From Calditrichia bacterium (GTDB lineage: Bacteria > Calditrichota > Calditrichia > RBG-13-44-9 > J075): a stretch of 64,000 bases of DNA. Both the position numbers and the translations under genes were made by a program. Within the stretch, counting starts at the first letter, position 1, and the number at the start of each line of letters is the position of its first letter. Location of the stretch: the NCBI GenBank assembly GCA_050633245.1, contig JBOEGD010000030.1, positions 128,001-192,000 on the forward strand, written 5' to 3'. Under the pieces are notes generated by a model. It did no database searches. It saw nothing but the letters and a program-made list of their open reading frames with translations, and was not told the origin of the DNA. Positions 9,452 through 19,192 of this stretch are shown here, piece after piece.

Positions 9452-10402
9452 ATGAAACCAATCCTCCTAACGGCACTATTGATGATCGGAATGGCATTAA
9501 ACATTCTCCAGGCAGAAACGCTTGCTGACAAGGTTCGATTTGCTTCCACTGAGCAGGCAAAAAAACTTCTGACTCAGGAAGACGAGTTTACAAAAAGCTG
9601 GAGTCCATTTGATATTGATTCCCGAATGCAAAAAAAGAATAGCACTCGGCAGGAGCTGTTCGACTTCATTGCTGAACAAGCCAGAAATTGGACGAATGAT
9701 GAAACTGAGAAGCTGCAGTCTATTTTTCAGAGCATCGATGAGCAAATTGCCGAGCAGGGCTTTGCCATTCCATTTCCAAACGAGATATTTTTTGTGAAAA
9801 CAACCACTAAGGAAGAAGGTGGTGCCGGTGGCTATACCCGCGCCAACTATGTGGTATTGAAGGAAGATATCCTCTCCAGACCAACGGAAGACCTGACGCG
9901 AACCGTCATTCACGAATTGTTTCACGTGTTATCGCGAAATAATCCGGAATTTAGAAAAGCGCTGTATGAGATTATCGGATTCAAGTTGATGAATAGCGTT
10001 GACTATCCAGATAGTCTGAGCACTTTCCGAATTACAAACCCCGATGCACCGCAAACAGATTCGTATATCACTCTGACGGTTAACGAAAAGCCGGTCGACT
10101 GTATGATGATTTTATATTCCAATCGCGAATATAATGGCGGTGCTTTTTTTGAGTACCTAAACATCGGCTTTCTACAGTTGACAGGAGACAGAAACAAGAC
10201 TGCTCTAATGGTTGGTGAAAAGCCGGTAATCTACACACTGAAGCAGGTGGCAAATTTTTTTGAGCAGATTGGCGGAAACACCAAATACATTATACATCCA
10301 GAAGAAATTATGGCAGACAACTTTACGCTTGCCATTCTAAATAGAATGGAATTGCCGGATCAGCACATCGTTGAGCAGATCAAAATGCAGCTTAAAAAAT
10401 AA
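9452..10402 (+). CDS. Secreted zincin-like metallopeptidase domain protein
   Basis: Signal peptide; HELFH (HEXXH) and a downstream HPEEIMADNF. Confidence 0.7.
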   Translation: MKPILLTALLMIGMALNILQAETLADKVRFASTEQAKKLLTQEDEFTKSWSPFDIDSRMQKKNSTRQELFDFIAEQARNWTNDETEKLQSIFQSIDEQIAEQGFAIPFPNEIFFVKTTTKEEGGAGGYTRANYVVLKEDILSRPTEDLTRTVIHELFHVLSRNNPEFRKALYEIIGFKLMNSVDYPDSLSTFRITNPDAPQTDSYITLTVNEKPVDCMMILYSNREYNGGAFFEYLNIGFLQLTGDRNKTALMVGEKPVIYTLKQVANFFEQIGGNTKYIIHPEEIMADNFTLAILNRMELPDQHIVEQIKMQLKK

Positions 10403-10451
10403 AGAAAATTGCAGGTCCGCATAATTCTGCGAGCCTGTAATTCCTTGAGAC

Positions 10452-10820
10452 ATGAATAAAGAATTCAATCTAGCCAGCGGAAAAACCTGTAAACTCCTCG
10501 AGATCAAGAAAGACATCATACCAAATTATTTTCTGCTATCATTTCCAAAAGATCAGGGAGAGCCTTCGCATTCCGAAGTAACGGAGATGCTCACCTATGG
10601 AATATTGCACGCGCAAAAGCTGGCGCAAGACCTCTTAAACGATCCAACTGCATTTACCATTCTCTACAGCGGCTATAGTGCGCGCCGTGAAAAAGGCTGG
10701 CATGTTCACATCGTATTACTCGGCAATCGCTGGAAAAAGACCTGGCTGTATCTAATATTATCGATGAAGAATCTACTGCAGGCCATCGGTTTAAGAAAAG
10801 ATGATGCGCCGCGTTTATAA
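10452..10820 (+). CDS. Hypothetical protein with a partial HIT-like motif
   Basis: 122-aa ORF containing WHVHIV. Confidence 0.6.
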   Translation: MNKEFNLASGKTCKLLEIKKDIIPNYFLLSFPKDQGEPSHSEVTEMLTYGILHAQKLAQDLLNDPTAFTILYSGYSARREKGWHVHIVLLGNRWKKTWLYLILSMKNLLQAIGLRKDDAPRL

Positions 10821-10880
10821 TTCTCTTATGATACCTCAATAGAACAATTTCTGTGTCAAAAAGGTGAAAGGTAAAAGTAG

Positions 10881-11564
10881 ATGGGAACCTGGAATACAAG
10901 AATAAAGGGTAATGATACCACTCTCGATATTTATTCCAGATTTTTTGACCTCTACAACGAGGGAATGGCTCCTGTAGAGGTTTGTGCAAAAGTTTGGAGT
11001 GAATTTGAGAAAGATTTCAGCGATTATGAAGATCGCTATAACTTACTATTCGGGTTTGCACTTGCTCAATGGGAAACCAATTGTCTTGAGGAACAAGTCT
11101 TTGCAGAAGTAAAAAACGTTATAGAGCAGGGACTGGATCTGAAATTATGGGCAGACTTGGGTGCAGATAAAAAAACTATAAAAAGAAGAGATAACGTCTT
11201 AAAAAGGTTTTTAATCCAATTGTCTACTCAAAGGTCAAAAGCCAAAAGGCGTGTAAAGTCAAAGTTCAACTTCTCAACCAATGCCCTGGCTGAAGCAATC
11301 GCGCCCGACGCGCAAAAATCGTTTAAAATACAGGAAGAGTTTGTCAATAATAAATATGTACATACATCCGGAATATTAATGTGGTTCTCCGGGGGCGGAG
11401 CAGGAGTCTTCTACTATGACGCAATGGGAAGGAAAGTATCTGCTAGATGGGTAGATAGCCAAAATCTTGAGATTAGAATTGAAAAGGGTGTCGAGTTTTC
11501 GAAGCAAGAAACAAGAACATATTATTGTGGAGACGATGTGATTATTTCCTATAAGTGGTTTTAG
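10881..11564 (+). CDS. Hypothetical protein (MGTW-start, DUF4259-like N-terminus)
   Basis: MGTW.....ND..LD and FALAQWE pattern; AT-rich. Confidence 0.6.
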   Translation: MGTWNTRIKGNDTTLDIYSRFFDLYNEGMAPVEVCAKVWSEFEKDFSDYEDRYNLLFGFALAQWETNCLEEQVFAEVKNVIEQGLDLKLWADLGADKKTIKRRDNVLKRFLIQLSTQRSKAKRRVKSKFNFSTNALAEAIAPDAQKSFKIQEEFVNNKYVHTSGILMWFSGGGAGVFYYDAMGRKVSARWVDSQNLEIRIEKGVEFSKQETRTYYCGDDVIISYKWF

Positions 11565-11668
11565 GCAATCAAATGATTGCCCGTCACCCGATCACCTTGT
11601 CGACCCTTCACCCGCTCTCCCCAGCAGCGAAGTACCCAGAATCTCACAATCAAAAAAAATTAAAACCA

Positions 11669-11684
11669 TTACCCCTAGAGGTAA
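11669..11684. promoter_or_regulatory. Palindromic operator upstream of the toxin-antitoxin operon
   Basis: TTACC-CCTAGA-GGTAA about 20 bp before the toxin start, as expected for antitoxin autorepression. Confidence 0.5.
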
Positions 11685-11703
11685 ATCATTTCATACATTA
11701 AGT

Positions 11704-12036
11704 ATGCGGTTATCATTTAAAACAAGAAAGTTGGAGCGATCGCTCACCAATGATAAGGAAACGCTCAAAAGCTACGGAACGCGTGCAAAAAAAATAAAAC
11801 AACGCATAAGCCAACTTAAAGCAGCACCACAATTGTCGGTTATTGCAACACTACCAGCATTGCGGCTGCATCAATATATCGGCAAGAGAAAAGGAACCTG
11901 GTCTATCGATATACATGAAAACTGGCGAATCTGTTTTCAAATAGATCATGATCCGGTACCAACATTGGAAGATGGAGGAGTTGACTTAGATGAGGTTACC
12001 GCAATTAGAATTTCAACTATAGAAGACCCTCACTAA
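11704..12036 (+). CDS. higB: HigB/RelE-family toxin (killer suppression type)
   Basis: LHQYIGKRKGTWSIDIHENWRICF motif; precedes an HTH antitoxin. Confidence 0.85.
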   Translation: MRLSFKTRKLERSLTNDKETLKSYGTRAKKIKQRISQLKAAPQLSVIATLPALRLHQYIGKRKGTWSIDIHENWRICFQIDHDPVPTLEDGGVDLDEVTAIRISTIEDPH

Positions 12037-12053
12037 TTTAGATAGGCAATATT

Positions 12054-13157
12054 ATGACTGATTTAATGGCAAAAAAGAAACTACTATCCTGTCCCGGTGA
12101 TACCGTTCAGGAAACAATCGATGAAATCGGTATGTCACAGGCGGAACTGGCGGAACGCCTGGGACGCTCTATACCAAAACTTAATGAGTTAATTAAAGGC
12201 AAGGCGCCCATAACCAAGGAAACCGCTACAAAACTGGAATATGTTTTGGGCATTCCCACCCACTTTTGGCTTAATCTGGAAAGACAATATCAGGATGAGC
12301 TCCTTGAAATTGAGCAAATGGAATATCTGGAGCAGTGTACAAACTGGGTCAGAACGTTTCCACTGTCGCAGCTCAAAAAGATGGGCATTCTACCTGAGAC
12401 AAACAGCAAGCCGGAATTGGCCGAAAGTCTGCTAAAGTTTTTCCGCGTGGCTACGCCGAATCAATGGTCAACAATTTACGAGGGCAGTTCGCTGGCATTT
12501 AAAATCGAGCTGCGACACACGGCTGAGCCGCAGGCCATTTCAGTGTGGTTACGCATCGGAGAATTACAGGCAGACCAAATAAGCGTTAACTTGTTCGACA
12601 AAACCGCGCTCAGAAAGAATCTGGACGAATTTAAAGCAATCTCGTATCAGCCTTCGAATAACTGGCTGGATGACCTACAACGGGTATGCGCAGAATGTGG
12701 AGTCGCATTGGTTTTTACCCCCTGCATCGCAAAGGCACCAATTTACGGCGCCACTCGCTGGATAAAGAACAGTTCCATCCCGCTTATTCAAATAACAGAT
12801 CGAAAAAAAGACTATCATGCCTTTTGGTTTAGCTTTTACCACGAACTGGCGCATATTTTATTACATGGAAAAAAAGATATCTTTATCGACGGTTTGCAGA
12901 GCATTGAACAGGACAAAGAAAAAGAGAAAGAGGCAGATGACTTTGCCGCTCGTATGCTTTTATCTGCGGCTGAACGAAAGGAACTCTTTCAGAATTCCGA
13001 TTACGATGCGGCAAAAATTGATCAACTTAGCAAAAAATTCAACAAACATCCCTCTATTCTGGTTGGCCAAATTCAGCGAGTAAATAAAGAATTGTACAAA
13101 GACATTCGTTTAAATCGCTTAAAAACCAAAGTACGGTTTAAGGATCTGTCGTTTTAA
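12054..13157 (+). CDS. higA: HigA-family antitoxin with ImmA/IrrE metallopeptidase domain
   Basis: PGDTVQE...MSQAELAERLG HTH, FWLNLE, and FWFSFYHELAHILLH (HEXXH)...EKEADDFA. Confidence 0.88.
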   Translation: MTDLMAKKKLLSCPGDTVQETIDEIGMSQAELAERLGRSIPKLNELIKGKAPITKETATKLEYVLGIPTHFWLNLERQYQDELLEIEQMEYLEQCTNWVRTFPLSQLKKMGILPETNSKPELAESLLKFFRVATPNQWSTIYEGSSLAFKIELRHTAEPQAISVWLRIGELQADQISVNLFDKTALRKNLDEFKAISYQPSNNWLDDLQRVCAECGVALVFTPCIAKAPIYGATRWIKNSSIPLIQITDRKKDYHAFWFSFYHELAHILLHGKKDIFIDGLQSIEQDKEKEKEADDFAARMLLSAAERKELFQNSDYDAAKIDQLSKKFNKHPSILVGQIQRVNKELYKDIRLNRLKTKVRFKDLSF

Positions 13158-13305
13158 CTTACCACTACTAACGTTATTCCTTTTTCACTCCTCTCACAAA
13201 CCAACCTCAATCTATAGAAGTTACAAAGGGACGCACGATACTGCCTTTCCGTTGTCAGCAAGATCTCTTATATTCTGGCGGATAACAAAACACAACGGAC
13301 TGCGC

Positions 13306-14805
13306 ATGAATACAACTACAAAAGAATCAAAAACCGGGCTGGCTCGACACATTGGTCTGCTCGGACTCACCGCAACCGGCATCTGCTCGATGATGGGCGC
13401 CGCCATCAACTTCATACCATTTAACATTCAGCGCAACATAGAAGGAATTGGCGCCGACGTGCTGCCAGCCTACATGGTTGCCATGATACCGGCATTTCTG
13501 GCGGCGCTCGCCTACGCAGTTCTGGCATCCGCAATGCCGCGAGCCGGAGGCAGTTATGTATACGCCAGCCGCGCGATTAATCCATACTTTGGTTTTGTCG
13601 CCAGTTTTTCGCAGTGGTTCGGCCTGTCTATTGCCATCGGCGTGGTCTCATATGTCATCGTTCCGTTTATGCGGGATGCCGCCCTTGCCGTTGAAGCAAC
13701 CAACCTGGCTGCATGGTTTGAAAGTGGGCCAATTCGCTTATCCATTTCGCTTGGGTTTCTCTGGTTGTTTGTTTGGATAAATATTCGCGGCGTTCAGCTC
13801 TATGAAAAAACGCTGATCCCACTGATGTTTATCATGTTCGCGCTTGGGGCGATAGTCATTTTCGCAGGCTTCTCCTTCAATCATTCCGATTTCGCAACCG
13901 CACTGATGGAAAAAGAGGGTCGTGCCATTCCCGACGCCAGTGGAACGGGTAGTTTTAACTTGATGTATTTCCTCGCTGCTTCAGCCGTTTTGTTTTCCAG
14001 CTTTATCGGGTTCGACTCGATTGCTCAGGCCGGTGGCGAGGCTAAAAATCCCAACCGCAATCTACCAATCGCGATTGGACTCACCATCGCTATTGTGGGA
14101 ATATTCTATATGTTTTTTACCGCTGCCGTGTACAACGCCATTCCCTGGCAATTCATCGCTGCGGAAGCTGCGGTAAAAGATATTTCCGCACCCGGCCTGC
14201 TGGGATACCTGCTTTCACCAACGTTAACCATGCTCATTCTTACCGGTGCGGTCATCGCATTGATAAATGATCTTCCTGCGATGCTTTTAGCTACCTCACG
14301 GCTGATGTTTGCCTGGGCCGAAGATGGCATCTTTCCATCCGCTGCAGCCAAAGTGCATCCAAAACTGCATACCCCGCACATCGCTATCATACTCAGTGCA
14401 GTCATGTCTTCAATCGGGATTTTAGGTTGTCATTTTGCCGGAGATTTCTTTCTGGGGGTCGATCTACTGTTAATATCAATGCTTTTTAATTTTCTGGTGA
14501 TGTGCCTTTCGGTTTTAATGTTGCCAATACGCAATCCGGAAATTGCCAAGAACATATCGATTTTTAAATCACCGATGCTACGGAATTCATTGGCGGGATT
14601 TGGTGCATTAATGTTGACCGGTCTCCTGATCATACATATTTCCAAAGATCTAGATGCCAATGTAGATGCCTGGTATTTTCATTCTACCTGGACATGGCTG
14701 GTAGTCATTCTCGGAGCCAGCGCGATTTATTTTTACAAAATGAGCGGTCTGCGCAAAAGCGGCGTAAACGTCGATGAACTATTCAAACAGCTACCACCGG
14801 AGTAA
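13306..14805 (+). CDS. APC family amino acid permease
   Basis: LARHIG, AMPRAGGSYVY, FIGFDSIAQAGGEAKNP and SRLMFAWAEDG; about 12 TM segments. ATG 13306 preferred. Confidence 0.92.
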   Translation: MNTTTKESKTGLARHIGLLGLTATGICSMMGAAINFIPFNIQRNIEGIGADVLPAYMVAMIPAFLAALAYAVLASAMPRAGGSYVYASRAINPYFGFVASFSQWFGLSIAIGVVSYVIVPFMRDAALAVEATNLAAWFESGPIRLSISLGFLWLFVWINIRGVQLYEKTLIPLMFIMFALGAIVIFAGFSFNHSDFATALMEKEGRAIPDASGTGSFNLMYFLAASAVLFSSFIGFDSIAQAGGEAKNPNRNLPIAIGLTIAIVGIFYMFFTAAVYNAIPWQFIAAEAAVKDISAPGLLGYLLSPTLTMLILTGAVIALINDLPAMLLATSRLMFAWAEDGIFPSAAAKVHPKLHTPHIAIILSAVMSSIGILGCHFAGDFFLGVDLLLISMLFNFLVMCLSVLMLPIRNPEIAKNISIFKSPMLRNSLAGFGALMLTGLLIIHISKDLDANVDAWYFHSTWTWLVVILGASAIYFYKMSGLRKSGVNVDELFKQLPPE

Positions 14806-14808
14806 CCT

Positions 14809-16266
14809 TTGAAAGACATAACCGTAGAACGCTGCGAATTAGCACCGGGGCTTTCGATCTCCCGGATTCTTACCGGACTTTGGCAAATTGCCGACATGGA
14901 ACGCGATGGCAGCGAGATAAATCCCGACACCGCCGCCGAGTTTATGACGCCCTATACTCAGGCCGGACTTACCACTTTCGACATGGCCGATCACTACGGC
15001 TCATCAGAAATCATTACCGGACGTTATCAGAAAAAGTATGGCAAAGACTCCGTTCAGCTTTTCACCAAATGGGTACCGAAACCGGAAAACACGACCAAAC
15101 AGGATGTGCGGGATGCTATTCAGCTTTCTCTCGATCGCATGCAAAGCGATCAATTGGACCTGCTACAGTTTCACGCCTGGAATTATGCTAACCCAGACTG
15201 GCTGGATTGTCTTTATTGGCTACAGGAGTTAAAAGAAGAAGGCTTAATTCGCCATCTTGGTCTTACCAATTTTGATACCGCCCACTTGCGCATCGTTTTA
15301 ACCAGCGGCATCGATGTAGTTACCAATCAAGTCTGCTTTTCACTAATCGACCGACGCCCGGAACGAGCGATGACTGCGCTTTGCGAAGAGTTTAACGTGA
15401 AACTATTGTGCTACGGCACCGTGGCCGGTGGATTTCTATCCGATCGCTGGCTGAATAATCCCGAACCGGATTGGGATAATCTGACTACCTGGTCTCAGAT
15501 GAAATATGGTCGCTTTATTGCAGCAGCCGGTGGCTGGAAACCACTGCAGACAGTTCTGTCCGCCGCCGATACGATTGCCAAAAAACACAGCGTCTCTGTT
15601 TCCAATGTCGCCTGTCGCTATATTCTCGATCAACCGGGAGTCGGAGGCGTTATTATTGGAGCGCGATTAGGCATCAGCGAGCGCATTGCCGATAATCTGA
15701 AATTGTTCACTTTTCAAATGGATGCCGGCGATCGTGAACTTTTAGCCAACGCACTTGCAGAGCTTCAAACCATTCCCGGAGACAGCGGAGACGAGTATCG
15801 TAAGCCACCATTTCTCACGGCTTCAGGAGATCTGAGCCATCACCTCGAAAAGATTCCGGCGCCATATGAAGCGATTGAAAAGAACGGTCGACAGCATGTT
15901 TTAAGCGGCACCTACTGGGAAGAAATGGCCGGGTTTTGTCGCGCTGTTAAAAACGGCAATCGCATTGCGGTTTCTGGAACGACAGCCACTCATGGCAAGC
16001 GCGCAATCGGTGGTAATGATGTTGCTGCACAAACGCATTTTATTATCGATAAGATTGAAGGTGCGTTGCAATCTTTTGGAAGCAGCTTGCAAGATGTCGT
16101 GCGAACACGTATTTTTGTGCGCGACATTGCTGACTGGGAAGCCGCCGCTCGCGCTCATGGCGAACGCTTTGCAGATATCCAGCCGGCCAACACATTGGTC
16201 GAAGCCAAACTGGTCGGCGAGGAATACCTCGTCGAGATCGAGGCCGAAGCAATAGCAAGATCGTAA
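14809..16266 (+). CDS. Aldo/keto reductase fused to a C-terminal Rid (YjgF/YER057c/UK114) domain
   Basis: AKR tetrad motifs FDMADHY, FTKW and QFHAW. C-terminal SGT.WE...RAV...VSGTT...DVVRTRIFV...LVEIEAEA. Confidence 0.9.
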   Translation: MKDITVERCELAPGLSISRILTGLWQIADMERDGSEINPDTAAEFMTPYTQAGLTTFDMADHYGSSEIITGRYQKKYGKDSVQLFTKWVPKPENTTKQDVRDAIQLSLDRMQSDQLDLLQFHAWNYANPDWLDCLYWLQELKEEGLIRHLGLTNFDTAHLRIVLTSGIDVVTNQVCFSLIDRRPERAMTALCEEFNVKLLCYGTVAGGFLSDRWLNNPEPDWDNLTTWSQMKYGRFIAAAGGWKPLQTVLSAADTIAKKHSVSVSNVACRYILDQPGVGGVIIGARLGISERIADNLKLFTFQMDAGDRELLANALAELQTIPGDSGDEYRKPPFLTASGDLSHHLEKIPAPYEAIEKNGRQHVLSGTYWEEMAGFCRAVKNGNRIAVSGTTATHGKRAIGGNDVAAQTHFIIDKIEGALQSFGSSLQDVVRTRIFVRDIADWEAAARAHGERFADIQPANTLVEAKLVGEEYLVEIEAEAIARS

Positions 16267-16331
16267 CGTGGGTTATAACCCACGCAACAACGCAGCTCAA
16301 CGATGGGCGTAACGTGGGTTATAACCCACGC
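16262..16331. repeat. Two identical 24-bp palindromic REP-like units
   Basis: CGTAACGTGGGTTATAACCCACGC at 16262-16285 and 16308-16331 with a 22-bp linker; a related inverted copy lies at 58134-58205. Confidence 0.85.
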
Positions 16332-16372
16332 TTGTCACAACTCATGCAGGCACACCACGCTTGGTACCAATC

Positions 16373-16843
16373 ATGGAATACACACCACTCAAAGACGAAA
16401 AGCTCCGCAATCTTCGCAAAGCCTTCGGTCAGCTAATTGATAAACGTTTCACACATTTTCACACGCTCGATCTGCTGCATGAAGACAATAATTTTGAGCG
16501 CTGTAATGACCTGCCAATCATCCTGTTCTTTGAGGAAGTCGATCCGGTTTCTATTTCCTGGTCGAAGACAGAAGATCTTGCCGTCGCATTTGGCATTTGC
16601 CTGCCGTTTGGTATCGGCGGACAAACAACCCGCTGGGTAGAAAACGACGTCCCCGAACTGAAACCATTGCTAAAACAAAAGCTTCGCGGTGTTCACCTCG
16701 CCAAAGAAGCGACTGGCGAACTCTGGAATCGTATTGTCTTAACTTTTGACTCGGGCCTTATGGACGTCTTTAATGCCGGTGATGAAAACGGCTATCAATT
16801 TCTCGCAACGAAACCAGATTATCAGTTAAAAAATGTATTATGA
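16373..16843 (+). CDS. Hypothetical protein
   Basis: ORF overlapping the next start; C-terminal VFNAGDENG; no family recognised. Confidence 0.65.
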   Translation: MEYTPLKDEKLRNLRKAFGQLIDKRFTHFHTLDLLHEDNNFERCNDLPIILFFEEVDPVSISWSKTEDLAVAFGICLPFGIGGQTTRWVENDVPELKPLLKQKLRGVHLAKEATGELWNRIVLTFDSGLMDVFNAGDENGYQFLATKPDYQLKNVL

Positions 16844-17418
16844 TCGCTGCATGGCTCACCCTCATGATTCCGCTGGTTTTTAGTCCCGGTCCAATCAATA
16901 TCATTTCCTCAATTTCCGGCGCGCAGGTCGGTTTCAAAAAGTCAATCCCATTTCTGATAAGCATAAACATCGTCTATTTCGCTTATGGACTGATTACCGG
17001 GCTCGGCGTTGGACAATTGCTGGCTGCTTATCCGGCCTTGATGATGCTGATGCAATATGGCGGCGGCGCATTTATTGCCTGGCAGGGAATTACCTTATGC
17101 CGACGTCAGCGCAGTGCCGGCACAGAGCAAAGCTTCGGGTTTCGCGAAGGGCTTATCCTTCAAGCACTCAATCCAAAAATAATTATCATTCTAATCACCA
17201 TGTATTCTGCATTCCTGGAAATGGATCGACCTCTGGTTCAGCAAGTACTTTTGCTTACCGCCGGTACGATAATTTTAAATATTCTGAATGTAACGATCTA
17301 CACTGTAGCAGGACAATTGCTCGGCAGTCGTCTCAGCTCTCCTAAAATGATGCGGCGACAGGATCAGGTTTTCAGAATTCTGCTAATTATCGTCGGCCTG
17401 TGGATTGCCTTTCGCTAA
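16840..17418 (+). CDS. LysE family translocator
   Basis: SPGPIN and GLILQALNPK motifs; hydrophobic. Confidence 0.88.
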   Translation: MIAAWLTLMIPLVFSPGPINIISSISGAQVGFKKSIPFLISINIVYFAYGLITGLGVGQLLAAYPALMMLMQYGGGAFIAWQGITLCRRQRSAGTEQSFGFREGLILQALNPKIIIILITMYSAFLEMDRPLVQQVLLLTAGTIILNILNVTIYTVAGQLLGSRLSSPKMMRRQDQVFRILLIIVGLWIAFR

Positions 17419-17499
17419 CCAGATAATCGCAATTGCAGAAGTGCCGACAGTCTGCTATACTTTCTACGCACAAATGCTCACTACGGAAAGCGAAAAAAC

Positions 17500-18378
17500 A
17501 TGACTGCCACTCCGCGCGGCTCTACTACAATTCTGCTTACGACGTTTGCACTTATTGCTTTTGCAGCCAACTCGGTTCTTTGCCGGTTGGCACTCGGGCA
17601 ACAGGCAATCGACGCATCTGCTTTTACCGCGATACGGATTTGCTCGGGGGCATTGTTGCTGTTAACAATTTTTTATTTGAGATACCAAAAAGAAGGCAAG
17701 GCATCCGATGCGCATGGCAGTTGGTTGTCTGCCGGAATGCTCTTTATGTACGCCGCCCCCTTCTCCTTTGCATATCTAACCCTCGATACCGGAACCGGAG
17801 CGCTTATTCTTTTTGGAGCTGTGCAGATCACAATGATTTTGGCTGCCCTTTTACAAGGGAACAAACTTCACTTGTTGGAATGGGCAGGCTTGATTATCGC
17901 ATTTGGCGGTTTTGTCTATTTGGTGCTACCGGGCGTGTCTGCTCCACCGCTTGAAGGGTTCTTACTAATGAGCCTGGCCGGAGTTGGATGGGGATTGTAT
18001 ACGCTTCGCGGAAAAGGCTCTGCAAATCCATTAGGCGATACCGCCTTTAATTTCGCACGTGCCGTTCCGCTAGCACTGATTTTACTTGTGTTCATGATAA
18101 AACAGATTCAACTTTCATCAACGGGGGTTCTTTTGGCTGTCGCTTCCGGCGCTATCGCTTCCGGACTGGGTTATACCATCTGGTATATGGCACTACGTGG
18201 GTTGTCCACCAGTCAAGCAGCCGTCGTTCAACTATCCGTTCCAATTATTGCCGCATTCGGTGGAGTTCTTTTTGTTGCCGAATCCTTAACCATGCGTCTG
18301 ACAATTGCAGCCCTCTTGATTCTTGGTGGTATTGGCCTTGTTGTCCTAGGTAGAAACAAAACTAATAAAGTGAGGTAG
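17500..18378 (+). CDS. DMT/EamA family transporter
   Basis: AFAANSVLCRLAL, FSFAYLTLDTGTGALILFG and SGLGYTIWY; about 10 TM segments. Confidence 0.9.
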   Translation: MTATPRGSTTILLTTFALIAFAANSVLCRLALGQQAIDASAFTAIRICSGALLLLTIFYLRYQKEGKASDAHGSWLSAGMLFMYAAPFSFAYLTLDTGTGALILFGAVQITMILAALLQGNKLHLLEWAGLIIAFGGFVYLVLPGVSAPPLEGFLLMSLAGVGWGLYTLRGKGSANPLGDTAFNFARAVPLALILLVFMIKQIQLSSTGVLLAVASGAIASGLGYTIWYMALRGLSTSQAAVVQLSVPIIAAFGGVLFVAESLTMRLTIAALLILGGIGLVVLGRNKTNKVR

Positions 18379-18380
18379 TC

Positions 18381-19019
18381 ATGTTTTTTCTTCCAACAGA
18401 AAGTTTACTGCTGTTTATTGCGGCATCAATCGCCTTATTGGTAACTCCGGGACCGGCTGTATTATACATCGTGACGCAGAGTATTTCCCAAGGCACGAAG
18501 GCCGGCATCTTTTCTTCGCTTGGTTTGGGTATGGGAGGAATCGTTCACGTTTTTGCCGCGGCATTTGGGCTAAGCGCAATTCTCGCTGCCTCCGCAACGG
18601 CGTTTACAGTTGTGAAGTTGCTGGGCGCTGCTTATTTGATCTTTTTAGGTATCCAGAAATTCAGAGAAGTAGGAAAGGAAGCAAAGCCGGGTTTCGATCA
18701 TCAGCCGAGCTCGATGCGTAAAATTTTTATGCGCGGAGTCTGGGTGAATGTGCTAAACCCAAAAGCAGCGCTGTTCTTTCTGGCATTTTGCCCGCAGTTT
18801 ATCGACCCAGTTGTTGGTAATCCGGAAATACAGATGTTGTTTCTTGGCGGTCTATTTCTCGCCATTGCCTTAATAACAGATATATCCTTTGCTGTATTTT
18901 CCGGAAAAGTTCGCAGGCTTTTTATTAAAGGCTCAAAATATTCTCGCAACTTAAACTACGCAGCAGGAAGTATTTATATTTTGATGGGTATTGCAGCCGC
19001 TTTCGGTTCAAAAGACTAG
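18381..19019 (+). CDS. LysE/RhtB family translocator
   Basis: TPGPAVLYIV, KLLGAAYLIFLG and NVLNPKAALFFLAF. Confidence 0.92.
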   Translation: MFFLPTESLLLFIAASIALLVTPGPAVLYIVTQSISQGTKAGIFSSLGLGMGGIVHVFAAAFGLSAILAASATAFTVVKLLGAAYLIFLGIQKFREVGKEAKPGFDHQPSSMRKIFMRGVWVNVLNPKAALFFLAFCPQFIDPVVGNPEIQMLFLGGLFLAIALITDISFAVFSGKVRRLFIKGSKYSRNLNYAAGSIYILMGIAAAFGSKD

Positions 19020-19192
19020 AGACAAATTTAGTATCTTAAAACCCCCTGTTATTTGAACTGTATTTTCAGCAGAAGAGTATTTTGGGATAATAGCTTAATG
19101 AGATCATTTGATTAAGATCTCTCACTATTTCCCGCGCATTAGGAATTCCTAATTGAAACCTTGTTGTACCTGTGCTATTGGAGAGACACGCT

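Noticed and set aside
9918-9933. Additional parS candidates (TGTTTCACGTGTTATC here; CATTCCACGTGATAAA at about 42789)
   Set aside because: About four mismatches each and inside coding motifs; compatible with chance.
16262-16331. Possible mini-CRISPR array (two identical 24-bp palindromic repeats with a 22-bp spacer)
   Set aside because: Only two units, no cas genes or leader, and the spacer is itself conserved in the copy at 58 kb, which fits REP/BIME rather than CRISPR.
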